Shown: positions 57,447 to 64,000 of the stretch, piece after piece
Layout of the letters: each line of letters begins with the position of its first letter
Position numbering within the stretch: position 1 is the stretch's first letter
Origin: an uncultured Candidatus Binatia bacterium
GTDB taxonomy: Bacteria; Desulfobacterota; Binatia; UBA9968; JAJDTQ01
Direction: 5' to 3'
DNA length: 64,000 bases
Assembly (NCBI GenBank): GCA_965204235.1
Contig: OZ241979.1
Coordinates: 2,638,103-2,702,102, forward strand
Program-made: the position numbers and the translations under genes
The notes under the pieces: model-generated
Seen by the model: the letters and a program-made list of their open reading frames with translations, nothing else
Databases searched by the model: none
Told to the model about the DNA's origin: nothing

Positions 57447-58279
57447 GCGCCGGCGAGGTCCGTATCGGCGGCGTCCGGGTCGGAGGCGGCGGGCCGCTGG
57501 CCCTGATCGCCGGTTCGTGCGTCATCGAGGACCGGGACTCGGCGTTCCGGCACGCGTCGCTCCTGGGCGAGTTGACCCGGCGCCTGGGCATGCCGTTCAT
57601 CTACAAGTCGTCCTACGACAAGGCCAACCGCACGTCGCTGGAATCGTTCCGCGGTCCGGGGCTCGAAGAGGGACTGCGCATACTGCAAGACGTGAAGCGG
57701 GAGGTCGGGGTCCCGGTGCTCACGGACGTGCACGAGCCCGACCAGGTGGGTCCGGCCGCGGAAGTCGTGGACGTGGTCCAGATCCCCGCGTTCCTCTGTC
57801 GGCAGACCGATTTCGTCGCGGCAGTGGCCCGGGCCGCCAAGGTCGTCAACGTGAAGAAGGGCCAGTTCCTCGCTCCCTGGGACGTGGAGAACGTGGTGGC
57901 CAAGATCGTGGCCGCGGGCAACGCCAACGTGCTGCTGACCGAGCGCGGGGTCTCCTTCGGCTACAACAACCTGGTGTCGGACATGCGCTCGCTGGTCATC
58001 ATGCGGGACACGGGTTTCCCGGTGGTGTTCGACGCCACCCACAGCCTGCAGCTTCCCGGCGGCCTGGGCCGGGCGTCGGGCGGCGACCGGCGGTTCATCG
58101 CGCCGCTCGCCCGCGCGGGAGTGGCGGTGGGGGTGGACGGCCTCTTCATGGAAGTGCACGAGGACCCGGACCGGGCGCTGAGCGACGGACCCACATCCTT
58201 CCCCCTTTCCGGCCTGGAGGAGTTGCTCCGGACCGTCAAGGACATCGACGACCGGGTCAAGCGGCGCGGGAGGGAATGA
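57443..58279 (+). CDS. kdsA: KDO8P synthase
   Basis: [31 protein letters not shown]. Confidence 0.96.
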   Translation: MSAGEVRIGGVRVGGGGPLALIAGSCVIEDRDSAFRHASLLGELTRRLGMPFIYKSSYDKANRTSLESFRGPGLEEGLRILQDVKREVGVPVLTDVHEPDQVGPAAEVVDVVQIPAFLCRQTDFVAAVARAAKVVNVKKGQFLAPWDVENVVAKIVAAGNANVLLTERGVSFGYNNLVSDMRSLVIMRDTGFPVVFDATHSLQLPGGLGRASGGDRRFIAPLARAGVAVGVDGLFMEVHEDPDRALSDGPTSFPLSGLEELLRTVKDIDDRVKRRGRE

Positions 58280-58280
58280 C

Positions 58281-59267
58281 ATGGGCGGGGCGCCGGACGC
58301 CGTTCGCAAGGCCCGTGACGTGCTGGACATCGAGATCGGAGGGATCGCCGCGGCCAGGGACCGCATGGGCGGCGAGTTCGCCCGGGCGGTGGAGGTCCTC
58401 CACGGCTGTCCCGGCAAGGTCATCGTGACGGGCGTGGGCAAGTCGGGCCTGGTCTGCCGCAAGATCGCCGCCACCCTGGCGAGCACCGGCACCCCCGCCT
58501 TCTTCCTCCACGCCGGGGAAGCCAGCCACGGGGACCTGGGCATGGTCATGCGGGACGACGTGGTCCTGGCGGTGTCGAACAGCGGCGAGTCCGAAGAGGT
58601 GCTGAAGGTCCTGCCCCTCATCAAACGTTGGGGGCTCCGGCTGATCGCCATGACCGGCAACGGGCGTTCGGCCCTGGCCCTGGCCGCGGACGTGGTCCTC
58701 GACGTGGGAGTCCCCGAAGAAGCCTGCCCCCTGGGGCTGTCGCCCACCGCGAGCACCACCGCGGCCCTGGCCATGGGGGACGCCATTGCGGTGGTGCTGC
58801 TGGAGCGCCGGGGGTTCGGGAGGGAGGACTTCCTGCTCCGGCACCCCGGCGGCGCGTTGGGCCGGAGACTGCTCCTCCGGACCGGGGACCTGATGCACTG
58901 CGGCGAGGAAATACCCCTGGTTTCCGAAGACGCGCCGCTCAGGGACGTGCTCCTGGAGATCACGTCCAAGCGTCTGGGGATCACCGGGGTCGCGGCCCGG
59001 GACCGGACGCTGGTGGGGGTCATCACCGACGGGGACCTGAGGCGCTGCCTCGCCGGGAGCGACGGCAAGGCGGACATCCTCGACCGCACGGCCGGGGAGA
59101 TCATGACCCGCGACCCCAAGACCATCGGCGGCGATTCGCTGGCCGCGGAAGCGGTGGCGTTGATGGAAAGGTTCTCCATCACCTCCCTCTTCGTCAAGGC
59201 CCCCGGCTCGGACCGGCTCCAGGGGATCATCCACCTCCACGACCTCCTCAAGGCCGGCGTCGTCTGA
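58281..59267 (+). CDS. kdsD: Arabinose-5-phosphate isomerase (KpsF/GutQ)
   Basis: GVGKSG, HGDLG, PTASTT, HPGG.LG, CBS pair. Confidence 0.95.
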   Translation: MGGAPDAVRKARDVLDIEIGGIAAARDRMGGEFARAVEVLHGCPGKVIVTGVGKSGLVCRKIAATLASTGTPAFFLHAGEASHGDLGMVMRDDVVLAVSNSGESEEVLKVLPLIKRWGLRLIAMTGNGRSALALAADVVLDVGVPEEACPLGLSPTASTTAALAMGDAIAVVLLERRGFGREDFLLRHPGGALGRRLLLRTGDLMHCGEEIPLVSEDAPLRDVLLEITSKRLGITGVAARDRTLVGVITDGDLRRCLAGSDGKADILDRTAGEIMTRDPKTIGGDSLAAEAVALMERFSITSLFVKAPGSDRLQGIIHLHDLLKAGVV

Positions 59268-59389
59268 CCCGCGGCGCCGACCCGGAGCGTTCAAGCAAAT
59301 TCCATGCCCGTTGCTTTACACCCCGCGGCGGAACTGTTATCCCGGAACGAGCAGGGCGCGGCGAGGGGGGACGCCCGCAGGTCGAACGT

Positions 59390-59983
59390 ATGCGCTCCGT
59401 AAGGATAGGGCTCTTGCTGGTCGTGGTCCTGGGCGTGGCCTTCGTCGGCGTCGAGGTCGCGCGGCACATGGGGGGACGGGCGCTTCCGAATCCCCAGGTC
59501 CTGTTGCAGCTCACCCCGGGAGCGGCCTTGCACGTCAAGGATTTCCACCGGAGCATGATCGAGGACGGACGGAAGACCTGGGAGGTCAAGGGCGCCGAAG
59601 GCGCCTGGTTCAAGTCCGAGGAAAGGGCGGTGATACTGCGCCCGGAACTGGTGTTCCACCATCGGGACGGCAGGACCCTGGAAGCCGCGAGCCCGGAAGG
59701 GAAGGTGTTCCTTCCCGGCGGACGGCTGGGACGGGCGGTGCTGGAAGGTCCGGTGGACGTCACCTACGACAACGCGCGGTTTCGGGCCGACCGGCTCATC
59801 TACCTTCACGCCGAGGACCGCGTGGTCTGCCCCGGCAAGGTATGGGCCAGGGTGGACGGCGTCGAGTTCGAGGGCGAGGACATGAGCTATTCGCTCCGGG
59901 ACGAGGTCCTGGAGGTCCGGAGCGCCGTCAGGACCACCATCCCGCCGCGGCGCCCGGGTCCGGCCAAGGTGGCCGGCAGTTGA
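59390..59983 (+). CDS. lptC: LPS export protein LptC
   Basis: N-terminal TM, beta-jellyroll-like body, position before lptA. Confidence 0.75.
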   Translation: MRSVRIGLLLVVVLGVAFVGVEVARHMGGRALPNPQVLLQLTPGAALHVKDFHRSMIEDGRKTWEVKGAEGAWFKSEERAVILRPELVFHHRDGRTLEAASPEGKVFLPGGRLGRAVLEGPVDVTYDNARFRADRLIYLHAEDRVVCPGKVWARVDGVEFEGEDMSYSLRDEVLEVRSAVRTTIPPRRPGPAKVAGS

Positions 59984-60008
59984 CCGGAGGGGGGCCGGGT
60001 ACGGTTCG

Positions 60009-60575
60009 ATGAAGCGCCTTGGGACTCACGAGAAGCCGCCCTGCCCGGGATGGCGATGGCGGTGGACGTGGCTTGCGGTCCTGGCGGCGTTCCACGCCGC
60101 GAGTCCCGCGGGCTGGGCCGCGGGCGACGGCCCGGACGCCGCGAAGCCGACCCCGGGCCAGGCCGCCGCGGACCGGGGGGCGCCCCTGGTGATCACCGCG
60201 GACCGCATGGAGCTCCGCCGCAAGGAGAACCTCATCGTCTATAAGGGGAACGTGCTGGCGGAGCGGGGCGACCTCAGGATACGGAGCGACGTCCTGTCGG
60301 CGCGCTACGACGCCGGGGACGGCGCGTTGCAGACGGTGGTGGCCGAAGGGAAGGTGCGGGTGAGCCAGGGCGCGCGCGAGATGACCGGCGACAAGGCCGT
60401 GTTCGACGACTCGAAGGAGACCATCACCGTGTCCGGGAACACCGTCGTGCGCGACGGCGACAACAGCGTCTCGGGCGGCCGCGTCACCATCTACATGAAC
60501 GAGGACCGCAGCGTCATCGAGAACCGCGGAGGCCGGGTCAAGGCGGTCATCTTCCCCGGACAGTGGAAGCGTTGA
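60009..60575 (+). CDS. lptA: LPS transport periplasmic protein LptA
   Basis: ITADRM, Y.GNV, GRVKAVIFP. Confidence 0.85.
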   Translation: MKRLGTHEKPPCPGWRWRWTWLAVLAAFHAASPAGWAAGDGPDAAKPTPGQAAADRGAPLVITADRMELRRKENLIVYKGNVLAERGDLRIRSDVLSARYDAGDGALQTVVAEGKVRVSQGAREMTGDKAVFDDSKETITVSGNTVVRDGDNSVSGGRVTIYMNEDRSVIENRGGRVKAVIFPGQWKR

Positions 60576-60595
60576 GGCCGCCGGGTAGCGCCCCC

Positions 60596-61318
60596 ATGAG
60601 CGTTCTCCACGCGGAAGGAATCGTCAAGGCATACCAGGGGCGGCGTGTGGTGGACCGGGTCACGCTGGAGGTCCACGGCGGCGAGGTGGTCGGCCTCCTG
60701 GGTCCCAACGGGGCGGGCAAGACCACCCTGTTCCACATCGTGATCGGTCTGGTCCGCGCCGACGAAGGGAAGGTCACCCTCAACGGGACCGACCTGTCCA
60801 CTGCGCCCATCTACCGCCGGGCCAGGGCCGGCATCAGTTACCTGCCCCAGGAGTCTTCGGTGTTCCGGGGCCTGACGGTCAGGCAGAACCTGTTGGCCAT
60901 ACTGGAGACCCTGCGGCTCGGCAAGGACGAGGAGGAGGAACGGAGCCGACGGCTCCTGGGGATGTTCGGCCTCGTCCATCTGGCCGACCGGAAGGCCGAC
61001 ACCCTGTCCGGGGGCGAGAGGCGGCGCGTCGAAATCGCCCGGGCCCTCGTTCTGTCCCCCTTCTTCGTGCTCCTGGACGAGCCCTTCACGGGGGTCGATC
61101 CCATCGCCCTGGCGGACGTCGAGTCCGTCATCCGACGGCTGACCGAGTCCGGCATCGGCATCCTCATCACGGACCACAACGTGAGGGAGACCCTCCGGAT
61201 CTGCACCCGGGCCTACATCCTGAGCCAGGGGGTGGTGCTCGCCGAGGGGACCCCGAGCCATATCGCCTCCAGCCACGAGGCCCGCAAGGTCTATCTGGGG
61301 GAAGGGTTCAGCCTGTAG
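60596..61318 (+). CDS. lptB: LPS export ABC ATPase
   Basis: GPNGAGKTT, YLPQE.S.FR, LSGGERRRVEIARAL, ITDHNVRETL. Confidence 0.96.
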   Translation: MSVLHAEGIVKAYQGRRVVDRVTLEVHGGEVVGLLGPNGAGKTTLFHIVIGLVRADEGKVTLNGTDLSTAPIYRRARAGISYLPQESSVFRGLTVRQNLLAILETLRLGKDEEEERSRRLLGMFGLVHLADRKADTLSGGERRRVEIARALVLSPFFVLLDEPFTGVDPIALADVESVIRRLTESGIGILITDHNVRETLRICTRAYILSQGVVLAEGTPSHIASSHEARKVYLGEGFSL

Positions 61319-61336
61319 CGGAAGCGGGACACCGGG

Positions 61337-62779
61337 ATGGCCCTCGAGATCAAGCTCTCCCAGAAGCTCGCGCCGCAACTGGTGATGACTCCCCAGTTGC
61401 AGCAGGCCATCAAGCTCCTCCAGTTGTCCCACCTCGACCTCCAGCAACGGATCTCCCAGGAGCTGCAGGAGAACCCCGCACTGGAGGAAGCCCCCGGCGA
61501 GTACGACGGCGCTCCGGACACGGTCCGGGAGCCCGAAGCGACTCCCGACGCCACGGTCGCCGACCGCATCGCGGACTGGCAGGACTACCTGAACGCCAAC
61601 TCGCGCCACGACATGGGGAGTCCCGAGGCGGCCCGGGAGGAAGAGGGTTCCCCGTCGCCGGAGAACACCGTCACCCGCAAGGAGACGCTGCAGGAGCACC
61701 TGTTGTGGCAGCTCCGCATGGCCGGACTGGACCACGAGGGCGAGAGCATCGGGATGTTCATCATCGGCAACCTGGACGAACGGGGCTACCTGGAGGCGTC
61801 CCTGGAGGAAATCGGCGAGTTGGCTCGCGCGGCCCCGGAGGCCGTGGAGGACGTCCTGGCCCGCATCCAGTCCTTCGACCCCGTGGGCATCGCCGCACGG
61901 GATCTGCGCGAGTGCCTGCTGGTGCAGCTCCGCAACGCCGGAATGGAGGAGAGCCTGGCCGCCGGCATGGTGGCGAACCACCTGCACGAGCTGGAGTACC
62001 GGCGGTACGAGAGGATTGCCGACAGCCTGAAGGCGAGCCTGGAGGAGGTGGCGGAAGCGGCCCGTCTCATCGCCTGCCTCGAACCCAGGCCGGCTCGCGG
62101 GTTCGACGACGGCGAGGTCCGCGCGATCATCCCCGACGTGGTGGTCCAGAAGGTGGCGGGCGAGTACGCCGTTTCCCTGAACGACGACGGCGTCCCGCCC
62201 TTGCGGGTGAGTCCGCTGGTGCGGCGTCTGGCCCGGGAGAAGGGGGAAGACGCGCGCAAGGCCAGGGAATACCTGGAGGCAAAGGTCCGTGCGGCCATGT
62301 GGTTGATCAAGAGCATCCACTGGCGTCAGCAGACCCTCTACCGCGTGAGCGAGAGCATCTTCGGCTTCCAGCGCGAGTTCCTCGACCGCGGCATCGCCCA
62401 TCTCAAGCCGTTGGTGTTGCGCGACGTAGCCTCCGAGATCGGCATGCACCAGTCCACGGTCAGCCGCGCGACCTCCAACAAGTACGCGTTTACCCCGCAG
62501 GGCGTTTTCGAGTTGAAGTTCTTCTTCCAGAGCGGGATACCCCACAACGGCGGCGCCGAGGTGCTCTCCTCGGAGTCGGTCAGGGACCGGATCAAGACGA
62601 TGGTGGAGTCCGAGGACCACGGGAAGCCCTTGAGCGATCAGGAGATAGCGAGTGCGCTCGCGGACATTGGCATCGGCATTGCGCGCCGCACGGTGGCAAA
62701 GTACCGCGATCAACTGGGGATCCTGCCTTCGTCCCGGAGACGGGAGCCGTTGGCGAACCATCGAGTCCGCTCCGGCTGA
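61337..62779 (+). CDS. rpoN: RNA polymerase sigma-54 factor
   Basis: MTPQLQQAIKLLQL, H.STVSR, RpoN box ARRTVAKYR. Confidence 0.97.
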   Translation: MALEIKLSQKLAPQLVMTPQLQQAIKLLQLSHLDLQQRISQELQENPALEEAPGEYDGAPDTVREPEATPDATVADRIADWQDYLNANSRHDMGSPEAAREEEGSPSPENTVTRKETLQEHLLWQLRMAGLDHEGESIGMFIIGNLDERGYLEASLEEIGELARAAPEAVEDVLARIQSFDPVGIAARDLRECLLVQLRNAGMEESLAAGMVANHLHELEYRRYERIADSLKASLEEVAEAARLIACLEPRPARGFDDGEVRAIIPDVVVQKVAGEYAVSLNDDGVPPLRVSPLVRRLAREKGEDARKAREYLEAKVRAAMWLIKSIHWRQQTLYRVSESIFGFQREFLDRGIAHLKPLVLRDVASEIGMHQSTVSRATSNKYAFTPQGVFELKFFFQSGIPHNGGAEVLSSESVRDRIKTMVESEDHGKPLSDQEIASALADIGIGIARRTVAKYRDQLGILPSSRRREPLANHRVRSG

Positions 62780-62841
62780 CGCAGCGGGCCGGGCGCGGCG
62801 GCGCCACGCTGGGGGGCAGCCCCGGAAAAAGGGGGTAGCGA

Positions 62842-63303
62842 TTGCGAATCACGGACGTTCTGGATACGGAAGCGGTCATTCCGAGCCTCGAGGCCCGGGA
62901 CAAGGCCGCGGTCCTGGAGGAGATCGTGGCGCGGGTGTCGAGACACTACGGGTTCGAGGACTCGCAACGGTTGCTGGAGGTGATCCATGCCCGGGAGAGG
63001 ATATGCAGCACCGCCATCGGGGAAGGGGTCGCCATACCCCACGGCAAGCTCCCGGGACTGGAGCGCGTGTTCGTCGCTTTCGCCCGCAGTACGGAAGGGG
63101 TCGATTTCGACGCCCAGGACGGCACGCCGACCCACCTCTTCTTCCTGCTGGTCGCGCCCGAAGGATCGACTTCCGAGCATCTCAGCGCCCTGGCGCGGGT
63201 GTCGCGGCTGGTGAAGGACGCCGCGCTGAGGGAGCGCCTCATGCGCGTCGAGACCCCGGAGGAAGTGGTGAGCCTGATCGAGGAGAAGGAACGGGACCTG
63301 TGA
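62842..63303 (+). CDS. ptsN: PTS IIA-Ntr-like protein
   Basis: RE...STAIGEGVAIPHG, DFDA.DG, HL.ALA. Confidence 0.9.
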   Translation: MRITDVLDTEAVIPSLEARDKAAVLEEIVARVSRHYGFEDSQRLLEVIHARERICSTAIGEGVAIPHGKLPGLERVFVAFARSTEGVDFDAQDGTPTHLFFLLVAPEGSTSEHLSALARVSRLVKDAALRERLMRVETPEEVVSLIEEKERDL

Positions 63304-63388
63304 CGCGCGGTTTCTTCCCGCCCCGTTTTTTGCTAGTGGGTTGGAGGCCGCGGCGCGTTCGGGGCGCCGGGACTTTGGCCCATGATCC

Positions 63389-63664
63389 ATGCACCGCGTT
63401 AAGAAGAGGATCGAGATCAAGAACCGCCTCGGGATGCACGCCCGGGCGTCCGCGTTGCTGGTGCAGACCGTGAACAGGTTCTCCTCGGAGGTGAAGATCT
63501 CCAAGGACGACAACGTGGTGGACGCGCGCAGCATCATGGGCGTCCTGACTCTGGGAGCCGCCAAGGGGAGCAGGATCCGCGTCGAAACCAGGGGGGACGA
63601 CGCCCGGGAAGCGATGCTCGCCATCGAGCAGCTCATCGACGACAAGTTTCGCGAGAGTGACTAG
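63389..63664 (+). CDS. ptsH: HPr phosphocarrier
   Basis: LGMHARAS, DARSIMG. Confidence 0.9.
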   Translation: MHRVKKRIEIKNRLGMHARASALLVQTVNRFSSEVKISKDDNVVDARSIMGVLTLGAAKGSRIRVETRGDDAREAMLAIEQLIDDKFRESD

Positions 63665-63703
63665 CGGCCCTTCCGGGAAGGAAGGGCCGGACAGGGAACA
63701 TCC

Positions 63704-64000
63704 ATGACGAACAAGGATTTTGTCTTTACCTCGGAATCGGTCTCGGAGGGCCATCCCGACAAGATGTGCGACCAGATATCGGATGCGGTCCTCGACGCCC
63801 ACCTGGCGGAGGATCCCGACAGCCGGGTCGCGTGCGAGACCCTGGTCAAGAACGACCTGGTCGTGATCGCCGGGGAGATCACCAGCAAGGGCAAGGTCGA
63901 TTACGAGGGCGTGGCGCGCCGGGTGGCGCTGGACATCGGCTACGATGATCCGGCCAAGGGATTCGACGGCAACACGTGCGAGGTCCTCGTGCGGCTGGAG
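63704..64000 (+). CDS. metK: S-adenosylmethionine synthetase, 5' part
   Basis: Own translation [37 protein letters not shown]. Confidence 0.96.
   Translation, partial: MTNKDFVFTSESVSEGHPDKMCDQISDAVLDAHLAEDPDSRVACETLVKNDLVVIAGEITSKGKVDYEGVARRVALDIGYDDPAKGFDGNTCEVLVRLE

Overview
High-GC (roughly 65-70%, estimated by eye) chromosomal window from a Gram-negative bacterium; gene order and content suggest a deltaproteobacterial, Binatia-like lineage (inference). Housekeeping backbone: rarA, rplS-trmD-rimM-khpA-rpsP-ffh, groEL/ES, a peptidoglycan-recycling trio, iscA, rsmD-coaD, tRNA-fMet, dapL-folK, trpEG, tldD-pmbA, peptide ABC genes, a Mo-hydroxylase M-S-L cluster and kdsB-pyrG-kdsA-kdsD-lptCAB-rpoN-ptsN-HPr-metK. 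Accessory inserts: an orphan ParA plus partner, an EcoRV-like R-M pair with a lone UvrD helicase, and a decayed type I R-M locus carrying candidate defence genes. Most notable signals: (i) a 5 x 23-bp phased direct-repeat array directly upstream of an AAA+/DUF4143 nuclease gene; (ii) two head-to-head DUF1640/CCDC90-like coiled-coil paralogues joined by a long inverted repeat, with mirrored leaderless promoters and different tandem-repeat stalks; (iii) an OsmC-like gene with an in-frame TGA at the catalytic Cys position plus a SECIS-like hairpin; (iv) a MITE family (about 10 copies, 4-bp target duplications), one copy inserted in-frame into a signal peptide and one apparently supplying a start codon; (v) a duplicated permease tail forming a bridging mini-ORF. 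All family assignments come from motif recognition by eye; no database searches were run.
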